From an uncultured Eubacteriales bacterium (lineage in GTDB: Bacteria > Bacillota > Clostridia > Lachnospirales > JAISER01): DNA of 64,000 bases. Shown here one piece after another: positions 21,200 through 29,697 of this stretch. The DNA is taken from positions 432 to 64,431 of the forward strand of contig CAZCQP010000010.1 of assembly GCA_964500895.1 (NCBI GenBank), read 5' to 3'. The notes under the pieces were generated by a model. That model saw only the letters and a list, made by a program, of their open reading frames with translations, did not search any database and was not told the DNA's origin. Position numbers and translations under genes: made by a program. Positions within the stretch are counted from its first letter, which is position 1. Each line of letters begins with the position of its first letter.

Positions 21200-21726
21200 G
21201 TCCCTTGCCTGCCAAGCCGGAATATTTGCTGGTGGACGGCTACAACATCATTTTTGCCTGGGAAGAGCTTAAAGCGCTGGCAGAGGACAGCCTAGAAGAC
21301 GCCCGTGTGCGGCTTTTGGGCATTTTAAGCGACTACCAGGGTTCCACCGGCCTACAGGTGATTTTGGTGTTCGATGCCCATAAAGTGAAAAGAAACCCGG
21401 GAGCGGTGGAAGACCACGGCAATGTGACGGTGGTGTACACCAAGGAAGCCCAGACCGCCGACCACTACATTGAACGCACCGCCCGTTCCTTAACCCGGGG
21501 GGGAATTAAGGTGCATGTGGCCACCTCGGACAACCTGGAGCAGCTCATTATTGTAAGCCATGGGGCGTTGCGCATTTCCGCCGCCCAGCTTTTAGAAAAC
21601 ATTAAAGCCACAGCGGCCCAAAACCGGGCAAAGTACATCGAAAACAAGCCGGTTAAAAACAACTTGCTTTTAGATAACCTAGACAAAGAGACAGCACAGT
21701 TACTGGAAAAATTAAGGAGAACCTAA
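21196..21726 (+). CDS. rae1: YacP/Rae1 NYN-domain ribonuclease
   Basis: LLVDGYNIIF, VFDA, TADHYIE, VATSD; rlmB-yacP-sigH synteny. Confidence 0.92.
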   Translation: MSPLPAKPEYLLVDGYNIIFAWEELKALAEDSLEDARVRLLGILSDYQGSTGLQVILVFDAHKVKRNPGAVEDHGNVTVVYTKEAQTADHYIERTARSLTRGGIKVHVATSDNLEQLIIVSHGALRISAAQLLENIKATAAQNRAKYIENKPVKNNLLLDNLDKETAQLLEKLRRT

Positions 21727-21738
21727 GGAGGCCCCCCT

Positions 21739-22368
21739 TTGCACGGTCAGGATAACATTGAAAAATACGGCGCAAACACCGACGAGGAGATTGTTCGCCT
21801 TATCCATAACGGGGATAAAGAAGCGCAAGATTTTTTAATTGATAAATATAAACGGCTGGTCCGGGTGAAAAGCAGGCTGTATTTCATTATTGGGGCCGAC
21901 CGGGAAGACATCATTCAAGAAGGCATGATTGGCCTCTATAAAGCCATTCGGGACTTTAACCCGGAAAAACAAACGTTGTTTTACGCCTTTGCAGAGCTAT
22001 GCATCACCAGGCAAATGCTTACGGCCATTAAAGCGGCCACCCGGCAAAAACATATGCCCTTAAACTCTTATGTGTCCTTAAACAAAGCGGTTTTTGAGGA
22101 CGATACCGAGCGCACCTACCTAGATACTTTAGTGGAAAGCCACATGGTGAGCCCGGAAGATTTGCTTATTGGCCGGGAGGAAAAGCGCAACATTGAAAAC
22201 CACATGAGCCGGGTGTTGAGCGACTTGGAAACCAAAGTGTTGTCTTTATATTTACAGGGAAATAGTTACACGGAAATAGGACAAGCGGTGTCTAAAGACG
22301 AAAAATCTATTGATAACGCTTTGCAACGTGCCAGACGCAAGGTGGAGAAAATATTGCGCATTAAATAA
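21739..22368 (+). CDS. sigH: RNA polymerase sigma-H
   Basis: GADREDIIQEGMIGLYKAIRDF, ATRQKHMPLNSYVSL, KSIDNALQR. Confidence 0.96.
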   Translation: MHGQDNIEKYGANTDEEIVRLIHNGDKEAQDFLIDKYKRLVRVKSRLYFIIGADREDIIQEGMIGLYKAIRDFNPEKQTLFYAFAELCITRQMLTAIKAATRQKHMPLNSYVSLNKAVFEDDTERTYLDTLVESHMVSPEDLLIGREEKRNIENHMSRVLSDLETKVLSLYLQGNSYTEIGQAVSKDEKSIDNALQRARRKVEKILRIK

Positions 22369-22371
22369 GCC

Positions 22372-22411
22372 AAAGGCTTGGTAAACTTTCAAAAAAGTTT
22401 ACCAAGCCTTT
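22372..22411. terminator. bidirectional intrinsic terminator
   Basis: AAAGGCTTGGTAAACTTT / AAAGTTTACCAAGCCTTT inverted repeat between convergent genes. Confidence 0.85.
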
Positions 22412-22429
22412 CTTCAATTAAGCCTACGC

Positions 22430-23050
22430 TTAGGGCGTTGGGCTTGTCAAGGTTAGTACGATAGAATAATTAACCAATTGGTTGTTGGGGTTATGTATGG
22501 TTACATGATGATTGGCATTTTCTTTGATTACAATTTCTTTCACTGGCTCTTTATTGCTTAGTACAATTTCTTGGGTTGTACCATCATTGCCACCAATCAC
22601 AATTTTTAAAGTGATGGCATCTTTATCAAGCCCCCTGCCTGACAATTCGCTGGCAAGGGAAAATTTTGCAATATCCCCTTTTTTTGCTGGAAAAGGATTG
22701 CCAAACTGTTTATTGTTGGCTGCCACGCCGCCTTCAAATTTGTCGCTGTATGATGACACAACTGGCTTCATGGTTCTTAAATCAACCGTACTGGTTTTTT
22801 CATCCCACTTGACGTCATAATCCAGGTATGTGAGCAATTCCCTTAAGGGCATGTACAAATTTGCTTCTTTTTCACCGTCTTTCCTAACTGCAACCAGTTC
22901 CTGGGTAAGCGGAACGGGGGCACCATTCAGTGTTACTTTTGCTTGGCTTAACGTTGCCGATTGAATGCCATTTGCCGCAAAAACTGTAGTGATACCCACA
23001 GTGCCAAGCACAAATCCAACGGCTAAACTTTTAAAATCCAACTTTTTCAT
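22430..23050 (-). CDS. secreted protein with copper-amine-oxidase-like N-terminal (stalk) domain
   Basis: Signal peptide GFVLG..VFAA; YMPLRELLTYLDYDVKWDE motif. Confidence 0.7.
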   Translation of the reverse strand: MKKLDFKSLAVGFVLGTVGITTVFAANGIQSATLSQAKVTLNGAPVPLTQELVAVRKDGEKEANLYMPLRELLTYLDYDVKWDEKTSTVDLRTMKPVVSSYSDKFEGGVAANNKQFGNPFPAKKGDIAKFSLASELSGRGLDKDAITLKIVIGGNDGTTQEIVLSNKEPVKEIVIKENANHHVTIHNPNNQLVNYSIVLTLTSPTP

Positions 23051-23212
23051 TTAAATAACCCTCCTTGATTATAAATTTTATGGTTTGATAATCAGTATAG
23101 CAAAACAATCATTTCTTTTCTATAATGAAATTTGTGTGCCAAGTTAGCACGCCTTAAAGCATTGCCATGCCGTACAATCTATTGTATACTTGACAAAGAA
23201 TAAAGCCATGAG

Positions 23213-23473
23213 GTGAAAACAATGGGCGAATTATTGGGCTTACCCAACGTGGGCAAAGTGTTGGAAAAACTGCTTATAGATTCTGGCATTAACACAGGTG
23301 AACAGCTGAAAAATATGGGGGCGGAAGAAGCCTTTGTCCGCATACGATTGCAAGACCCTACGGCATGTATTCGTATGCTTTATGGTTTACAAGGGGCCAT
23401 TGAAGGGGTAAAAGATACGACCCTTTCTGATGCCACCAAAGAAAAGCTTAAACATTTTTACAACAGCTTGTAA
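23213..23473 (+). CDS. TfoX/Sxy C-terminal domain protein
   Basis: LPNVGKVLEKLL..GI..EQL..GAEEAF..MLYGLQGAIEG. Confidence 0.88.
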   Translation: MKTMGELLGLPNVGKVLEKLLIDSGINTGEQLKNMGAEEAFVRIRLQDPTACIRMLYGLQGAIEGVKDTTLSDATKEKLKHFYNSL

Positions 23474-23492
23474 CCATGACGTGGAGGGCTAA

Positions 23493-24008
23493 TTGATGAA
23501 GATTAGGCAAGAAACCCCTGCCGATTACCAGGCCGTGCATGCGCTGGTTCAGCAGTCTTTTGCGGCATCACCCCACGGTGATGGCACAGAAGCGGACTAT
23601 CTGAATGATGTGCGCAAAAAAGACACCTTTATAGCCCAGCTATCCTTGGTTGCTGAAAATGACGAGGGCCAAATCATTGGGCAAATTGTGTTGTATGAAA
23701 CCACCATCACAGGGCAAGACAAAGACTATGTGGAACTGGTCCTTTCCCCCATTTGTGTACACCCGGATTATTTTAGGCAGGGTATTGCCCGTGCCATGAT
23801 GCAGAAAGCATTTACCCTTGCAAAAGACATGGGGTATAACGCTGTATTCCTTTGTGGCGACCCTGACCTTTATGGCAAACTGGGGTTTCGGCCATCTTAC
23901 GTCTTTCATATTTATCATATCACAGACAAGGCTGCCGAATGGAGCATGGCCCTTGAATTAAACCAAGGTGCATTGGCACACATAGAAGGCACCATCCATA
24001 CACTTTAA
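23493..24008 (+). CDS. GNAT N-acetyltransferase (YhbS-like)
   Basis: IRQET, LSLVA, PICVHPDYFRQGIA, GDPDLYGKLGF. Confidence 0.9.
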   Translation: MMKIRQETPADYQAVHALVQQSFAASPHGDGTEADYLNDVRKKDTFIAQLSLVAENDEGQIIGQIVLYETTITGQDKDYVELVLSPICVHPDYFRQGIARAMMQKAFTLAKDMGYNAVFLCGDPDLYGKLGFRPSYVFHIYHITDKAAEWSMALELNQGALAHIEGTIHTL

Positions 24009-24020
24009 CCCAAGGAGAAG

Positions 24021-24383
24021 ATGCACCCCATGACACCAAAAGCCGTATTGCAACAATTTATAGACTTATTTAACCAAGCAGACGCCGAAGGCTTGGCGGA
24101 ACTTTATGCCGAAGATGCTGTAAACCATCAGGTTGCAAACGACCCTGTGATGGGCAGAGCAGCCATTTGCCAAATGTTTAAGCAAGAGTTTGCTGCCGCT
24201 GAAATGGTTTGCATTGTAGAAAATATATTTGAAGACGGGCAGTGGGCCATCATGGAATGGAAAGACCCAAAAGGATTAAGGGGCTGCGGTTTTTTCCATA
24301 TTGTTAACGGCAAAATTTTGCTTCAACGTGGTTATTGGGATAAACTGAGTTTTCTAAAACAAAACGGGCTGCCTATTGAATAA
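24021..24383 (+). CDS. SnoaL/NTF2-like protein
   Basis: YAEDAVNHQV, EWKDPKGLRGCGFF, QRGYWDKLSF. Confidence 0.85.
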   Translation: MHPMTPKAVLQQFIDLFNQADAEGLAELYAEDAVNHQVANDPVMGRAAICQMFKQEFAAAEMVCIVENIFEDGQWAIMEWKDPKGLRGCGFFHIVNGKILLQRGYWDKLSFLKQNGLPIE

Positions 24384-24411
24384 TCAATCTGCACGTGAGT
24401 GAGGTTTATAT

Positions 24412-25440
24412 ATGCATTTAAACATAAGCAAAGCCCTGCATAGCGATTTAGATGCATTGGAAAGTTTGTACGATGCTTTGAATGACTATCTCCATGCCCA
24501 TGTCAATTACCCTGGATGGAAAAAAGGGGTATACCCAACCAGAAAAGAAGCCATGCACTTCTTTGAAAGCGATACGCTTTATGTTGCAAAAATAGATGGG
24601 AAACTTGTAGGGTCACTGGCTTTAACCCACGAGCCAGAGGCTTCGCCTGTTCGTAACCATTGGCTTATAGATGCCTCTTACGATGCGCTTTTTGTCATTC
24701 ATGTCTTTGTGATTCACCCAGACTATCTGCGCCAAGGAATTGGTACGAAAATGCTTCAATTCGCAGAAGAACTGGGTAGGCAACAAAACATTCAATCCAT
24801 TCGCCTGGATGTGTACGCACATAACACGGCTGCCATAAAAGCCTATGAAAAAAATGGGTATCAGTATATTGATACCGTCGATCTTGGTCTTGGCTGCTAC
24901 GGCTTGGATTGGTTCCATTTATACGAAAAGATTATTGTGCCTTACACTTTTGAAAAAGCAACCCCGGAACACATAGCACCCATCCTGGCACTGGTGAAAC
25001 AGCGCATTGGGTGGATGGACCAGCAGGGCATTCACCAATGGAATAAAACAGACTACTTAAATTGCTATCCCCCAGCATACTATGAACAAGCGGTACAACA
25101 TGGCTGCCTTCATGTACTGAAACGCACGTGTGATGGCTGCGTGGTGGGGGCTGTGGTTTTAAGCGACACAGACAAACGCTGGCCAGATGACGGGCAAGCT
25201 TTCTATGTGCATAACCTGGTGACAGACTGCGGTGAAAAAGGCGCAGGGGAATACATTTTAAACTGTTGCCAGCAGGTAGCCATTCGCAATGGAAAAACAG
25301 CCCTTCGGCTAGATTGCCAGAAGGCCAATGCAAAATTAAACACATATTATGCCTCTAAAGGGTTCGTTTTTGTGGCAGAAGTGCAAGACGGCCCATACGT
25401 GGGGAACAAGCGTGAAAAGCCCTTGCACCCTGAACGCTAG
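24412..25440 (+). CDS. tandem double-GNAT acetyltransferase
   Basis: Two GNAT domains: HPDYLRQGIG..RLDV..N..A..YEKNGY and KGAG..LRLDC..N.KL..YYASKGF. Confidence 0.85.
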   Translation: MHLNISKALHSDLDALESLYDALNDYLHAHVNYPGWKKGVYPTRKEAMHFFESDTLYVAKIDGKLVGSLALTHEPEASPVRNHWLIDASYDALFVIHVFVIHPDYLRQGIGTKMLQFAEELGRQQNIQSIRLDVYAHNTAAIKAYEKNGYQYIDTVDLGLGCYGLDWFHLYEKIIVPYTFEKATPEHIAPILALVKQRIGWMDQQGIHQWNKTDYLNCYPPAYYEQAVQHGCLHVLKRTCDGCVVGAVVLSDTDKRWPDDGQAFYVHNLVTDCGEKGAGEYILNCCQQVAIRNGKTALRLDCQKANAKLNTYYASKGFVFVAEVQDGPYVGNKREKPLHPER

Positions 25441-25460
25441 AATTGCTGTTTTTCCATGCC

Positions 25461-25489
25461 TTGACAATGGTTGAGAAACGCTGTAAAAT
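25461..25489 (+). promoter_or_regulatory. sigma-A promoter for the SLT gene
   Basis: TTGACA-17 nt-TAAAAT. Confidence 0.7.
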
Positions 25490-25518
25490 AAATGATTATA
25501 TGGTGTAGAGGTGTACCC

Positions 25519-26139
25519 ATGAGCCTTAGCGTTGACGGCATGTACAACCAAATTTTAAGCAACATGAATGCCCGTTTGCCCATTCCTTTCGCCCCACCGG
25601 TGCGCAAAGTTGTGGCTTCTGGCGAAAAGACAACAGGGGATGCTTCCACGGAAAAAACGCCCCAATCTTTTAATGATATTTTAACCGGCTTCTTAAAAAA
25701 CGTGGACACCACTGACGACAAGCAAGCCCAGATTTATGCCACCATTGCCAACGCCGCCAAAAAATATGGGGTAGACCCAAACCTGATTGCGGCTGTTGTG
25801 CGGGCAGAAAGCAACTTTAACCCCAAAGCGGTTTCTTCCGCCGGGGCTATGGGCTTGATGCAACTGATGCCTTCTACAGCAGATTACTTGGGTGTGAGCG
25901 ACCCATACAACATAGACCAGAACATTTACGGCGGCACCCGGCTGTTGCAGGAACTGCTTGAAAAGTACGACGGAAACGAAGAACTGGCTTTGGCCGCCTA
26001 CAACGCAGGCTCCGGCAATGTTCAAAAATACGGCGGCATTCCGCCTTTTCAGGAAACCATGAACTATGTACCCAAGGTGTTGGACTACAAAGAACAATAT
26101 TTATTAACCCAATACACCAATGCCATGGAAAAGCAGTGA
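25519..26139 (+). CDS. lytic transglycosylase (SLT domain)
   Basis: AESNFNP, GAMGLMQLMP, ALAAYNAG, ETMNYV. Confidence 0.93.
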   Translation: MSLSVDGMYNQILSNMNARLPIPFAPPVRKVVASGEKTTGDASTEKTPQSFNDILTGFLKNVDTTDDKQAQIYATIANAAKKYGVDPNLIAAVVRAESNFNPKAVSSAGAMGLMQLMPSTADYLGVSDPYNIDQNIYGGTRLLQELLEKYDGNEELALAAYNAGSGNVQKYGGIPPFQETMNYVPKVLDYKEQYLLTQYTNAMEKQ

Positions 26140-26278
26140 ACTACCCCGCCCCAAGGGGCGTTCGCCGAATACGCAAGCAAGTTTGGTATTCACCTCACTG
26201 CTTCGCGAGAATAAACTATTACGAAGGCAACGTTGCGTTGCCTGGTTATCATAAATACGAAAGACTGGCGGGATAAAC

Positions 26279-27289
26279 ATGGCGGATACGCCTTCACAGA
26301 ACAAAAAAATTATATACAGCGGCATGCAGCCTTCCGGCTTGCCCTCTTTGGGCAACTATCTGGGGGCCATTAAAAACTGGGTAGCGCTAAAGGACGATTA
26401 TTCCTGCATATTTTCCATTGTAGACATGCACGCTATCACTGTGCGGCAAGACCCGGCCCAGCTGCGGAAAAAGGCACGGGATTTGCTCATCATGTATATT
26501 GCCTGTGGCTTAGACCCAGATGAAAACATTATTTATCTTCAATCCCACGTGCCGGCCCATGCAGAGCTGGCCTGGATATTGAACTGTTTCACCTATATGG
26601 GTGAACTGGGCCGCATGACCCAGTTTAAAGAAAAGTCTTCAAAACATGAAAATAACATTAACGCCGGCCTTTTCACCTACCCGGTGCTGATGGCGGCGGA
26701 CATTTTGCTTTTCCAAACCAACCTGGTGCCTGTTGGGGAAGACCAACGGCAGCATTTGGAACTGTGCAGGGACATTGCCCAGCGTTTTAACGGCTTGTAT
26801 GGGGATGTTTTTACCATTCCAGAGGGCTACATGCCCAAGGAAGGGGCAAAAATAATGAGCCTGCAAGAACCAGAAAAGAAAATGTCTAAATCTGAAGATG
26901 TGAACGACAACAACGTTATCTTCTTAATGGACGACCCGGCTGTGATGGCCAACAAAATTAAACGTGCCGTCACCGATTCAGACAACGAAGTGCGCTACAG
27001 CCCCGAAAAACCCGGCATTAGCAACCTTTTAAGCATCTACTGTGCCTTCACAGGCAAGGCAATGGCCCAGGCAGAACAAGACTTTGCCGGTTGTGGCTAC
27101 GGGGCGTTTAAAGCCGCCGTAGCAGAAGTGGTGGTGGACAACATCGCCCCCATTCAAAGCCGGTTTAAAGAACTTTCCCAAGACAAGGCGTATATTGACA
27201 GCATCATGCGCAACAACAGCCAGAAAGCCAACGCCATTGCTGTGAAAACATTGCGGAAGGTGCAAAAAAAGGTAGGTTTCTGTCTATAA
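26279..27289 (+). CDS. trpS: tryptophan-tRNA ligase
   Basis: SGMQPSG..LGNYLGA, YPVLMAADIL, VPVGEDQ, KMSKS. Confidence 0.97.
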   Translation: MADTPSQNKKIIYSGMQPSGLPSLGNYLGAIKNWVALKDDYSCIFSIVDMHAITVRQDPAQLRKKARDLLIMYIACGLDPDENIIYLQSHVPAHAELAWILNCFTYMGELGRMTQFKEKSSKHENNINAGLFTYPVLMAADILLFQTNLVPVGEDQRQHLELCRDIAQRFNGLYGDVFTIPEGYMPKEGAKIMSLQEPEKKMSKSEDVNDNNVIFLMDDPAVMANKIKRAVTDSDNEVRYSPEKPGISNLLSIYCAFTGKAMAQAEQDFAGCGYGAFKAAVAEVVVDNIAPIQSRFKELSQDKAYIDSIMRNNSQKANAIAVKTLRKVQKKVGFCL

Positions 27290-27333
27290 TAAACCCATCA
27301 TGCACACTCTGTTTTTTATAAGGAGGTTTTCAC

Positions 27334-27729
27334 ATGGAGGTTAGAAATTGCCCCCGCTGCGGCAAAGTGTTTACGGCTATCACCCAAAACATTTGCCCGG
27401 AATGCATTAAAAAAGAAGAAGAACTTTTTGATAACCTGAAAAAATTTATGGAAGACAACCCTGGTTGCAACATGGCCCAAATTGTGGAAGGTACAGGCAT
27501 TTCCGCCAAACGCATTATGCGCTATATTCGCGAAGGGCGGCTGGAAATTACCAAAGGCATGCAGGGCGAATTGACCTGCGAATCCTGCCACAAACCCATT
27601 ACACGGGGCCGGTTTTGCGATGCCTGTGCTGTTAAAATTAACAACAACATGACAGAACTTTTTAAAGACAACAAGGCGAAGCAAAACACAGGCGCCAAAA
27701 TGCACACAACCCTTAGAAATTTTAAATAA
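27334..27729 (+). CDS. YvyF-like flagellar-operon zinc-ribbon protein
   Basis: MEVRNCPRCGKVF..CPEC, IREGRL, CESC..GRFCDAC. Confidence 0.8.
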   Translation: MEVRNCPRCGKVFTAITQNICPECIKKEEELFDNLKKFMEDNPGCNMAQIVEGTGISAKRIMRYIREGRLEITKGMQGELTCESCHKPITRGRFCDACAVKINNNMTELFKDNKAKQNTGAKMHTTLRNFK

Positions 27730-27735
27730 CTGGCC

Positions 27736-27794
27736 TTAGAGCCTGTTCTGAATCTCCATTTCCGTGCCTTTAAACGAGATTCTAAACAGCCTCT
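27736..27794. repeat. miniature inverted-repeat element or hairpin resembling IS5-family ends
   Basis: TTAGAGCCTGTTCTGAATCTC ... GAGATTCTAAACAGCCTCT imperfect inverted repeat around a short spacer. Confidence 0.4.
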
Positions 27795-27860
27795 TTTAGA
27801 AACTTTTACAGGCACTTTAGCCAAATAAAGCGCCCCCGCCAAAAAGAGACGGAGGAACCA

Positions 27861-28808
27861 ATGAAGTATATTGAGGATTTCAAGGAAGACGACCGCATCA
27901 TCGACCACTATTTATGCAAACAAAAGCAAAACTTAAAGTCCCGGGCGGGCAAGACCTACCTTTCCTTGAAACTACAAGACAAAACCGGGACCATAGACGC
28001 CAAAGTGTGGGATTTGAACAACGAGATTCAAAGCTTTGAAGAGCAGGATTACATTAAGATTGACGGCCTGGTGCTTACTTACCAAAACGAGCTGCAACTT
28101 AAAATTAGCAAAATCCGCAAATCCACCCCAGGCGAATATGACCCGGTGAACTACATCCCTTGCACAGACAAAGACATTGATGCTTTGCTGGGGCAAATTT
28201 TTGATTATGTAAACTCTATCCAAAACACTTACATCCGCCGGTTAATGGAAAACATTTTAACCAAAAACCCGGATGTAACAGAAGCTTTTAAAACCCATTC
28301 TGCCGCCAAAAACATGCATCACAGCTACATGGGCGGCCTGTTGGAGCATACGTTAAACGTCACCCAAATTAGTGAATTTTTGGGTGCCCGCTATAAATTT
28401 GTGAACCGGGATATTTTGGTGGCTTGCGCCATTTTGCACGACATTGGCAAAATTTATGAGCTATCTCCTTTCCCGGGGAATGATTACACAGACGACGGCC
28501 AAATGTTGGGGCATATCATCATCGGTTCAGACATGATTAAAACAGAGGCAGACAAAATTGAGGGGTTCCCCCACGAGCTGTTAAGCCTGTTGCGCCACTG
28601 CATTTTGTCTCACCACGGGGAATACGAATATGGTTCCCCAAAAAAGCCCAAAACCATGGAGGCCTTCATTCTCCATTGCGCCGACAACACAGACGCCAAA
28701 GTGCGTATGCTTGAAGAAGTGTTGGAAGCAGACAATACCCAGGGCTACTGGGTGGGCTACCACCGCATGCTGCAACGGAACATTAGAAAGTCGGATTACC
28801 ATGGCTGA
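27861..28808 (+). CDS. yhaM: 3'-5' exoribonuclease YhaM (OB + HD)
   Basis: DKTGTIDAKVW OB fold; HHSYMGGLLEH, LHDIGK, SHHG. Confidence 0.93.
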   Translation: MKYIEDFKEDDRIIDHYLCKQKQNLKSRAGKTYLSLKLQDKTGTIDAKVWDLNNEIQSFEEQDYIKIDGLVLTYQNELQLKISKIRKSTPGEYDPVNYIPCTDKDIDALLGQIFDYVNSIQNTYIRRLMENILTKNPDVTEAFKTHSAAKNMHHSYMGGLLEHTLNVTQISEFLGARYKFVNRDILVACAILHDIGKIYELSPFPGNDYTDDGQMLGHIIIGSDMIKTEADKIEGFPHELLSLLRHCILSHHGEYEYGSPKKPKTMEAFILHCADNTDAKVRMLEEVLEADNTQGYWVGYHRMLQRNIRKSDYHG

Positions 28809-29112
28809 AAAGCTTGAAATGAACGAAACGCTGGATGTTTCCACAATTTCCGCCAGCGACATTAACAAATTTGTATATTGTCCTTACCAATGGTATTATG
28901 AGCAACTTTACGGCACAAAGCAGCTACGCCAGCTTTACCGGGCACGCAACGAGGCGCTGGGCTTGACGGATACGCATTTAAGCCATTTAAACAAAGGCAC
29001 TGCGTACCATGCCAGCTACAACCTCCAGCGTAGGTGGCCCATCTGGCGGCTGTTGCTTTGTGCTTTGTTATGTGCAGGGGGTGTGGCGCTTTATGTTTAC
29101 TTTTTTAAGTGA
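28801..29112 (+). CDS. small membrane protein carrying the Cas4/AddB-type N-terminal motif
   Basis: ISASDINKFVYCPYQWYY ... GTAYH followed by a C-terminal hydrophobic helix; overlaps the yhaM stop. Confidence 0.75.
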   Translation: MAEKLEMNETLDVSTISASDINKFVYCPYQWYYEQLYGTKQLRQLYRARNEALGLTDTHLSHLNKGTAYHASYNLQRRWPIWRLLLCALLCAGGVALYVYFFK

Positions 29113-29689
29113 TTGGCCTACGCCCACTCCCCCTTACCTACTCTGGCTTGGTGCAGGGTTAAGCTTGCTGTTTTTGGCCCGGCTGTTGTTGTGGCTGTTT
29201 TGCCGCCCGACGGTGGTGAAAACCAGTGTGAAGCTTCCCGGCCTGGGGTATCAGCTTATTTATACAGACACCCGGGGCGACCAATATCAGGATGTAGATA
29301 CTGGCCTTTTAACTAGCGAACACCACGGCCTGCGGGGCAAGCCAGATGCCATTTATGCCACAAACAACGGCCGCAAGCTGGTGGTGGCAGAGCTCAAAAG
29401 CGGAACCATCGGAGACAACCCGGAGCCACACCCCGGAGACTTCATGCAGCTTTGTGCTTACTTTTTAATCATTGAGGAAGCTTATGGGATAAAGCCCAAA
29501 CATGGCCTATTGATTTATAACGATTATATGTTTAAAGTGAAAAACATACGCCGGCTGCGGCAGCAGGTGCTGTCTGTGGTGGCGGACATGCGCAAAATGG
29601 CCAAGACCGGCTCGGAAGAGCCCAAGGCGGAGTTTGCCGCCTGCCGCTATTGCCTGTGCCGAGGCACGGTGTGTGAATTTATAGAATGA
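29093..29689 (+). CDS. Cas4-like PD-(D/E)xK nuclease with N-terminal transmembrane helix (solo, no CRISPR)
   Basis: GLRGKPD, ELKS, QLCAY motifs and C-terminal CRYCLCRGTVC; ATG 29093 preceded by a GGGGG RBS. Confidence 0.85.
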   Translation: MFTFLSDWPTPTPPYLLWLGAGLSLLFLARLLLWLFCRPTVVKTSVKLPGLGYQLIYTDTRGDQYQDVDTGLLTSEHHGLRGKPDAIYATNNGRKLVVAELKSGTIGDNPEPHPGDFMQLCAYFLIIEEAYGIKPKHGLLIYNDYMFKVKNIRRLRQQVLSVVADMRKMAKTGSEEPKAEFAACRYCLCRGTVCEFIE

Positions 29690-29697
29690 GGGATGAA

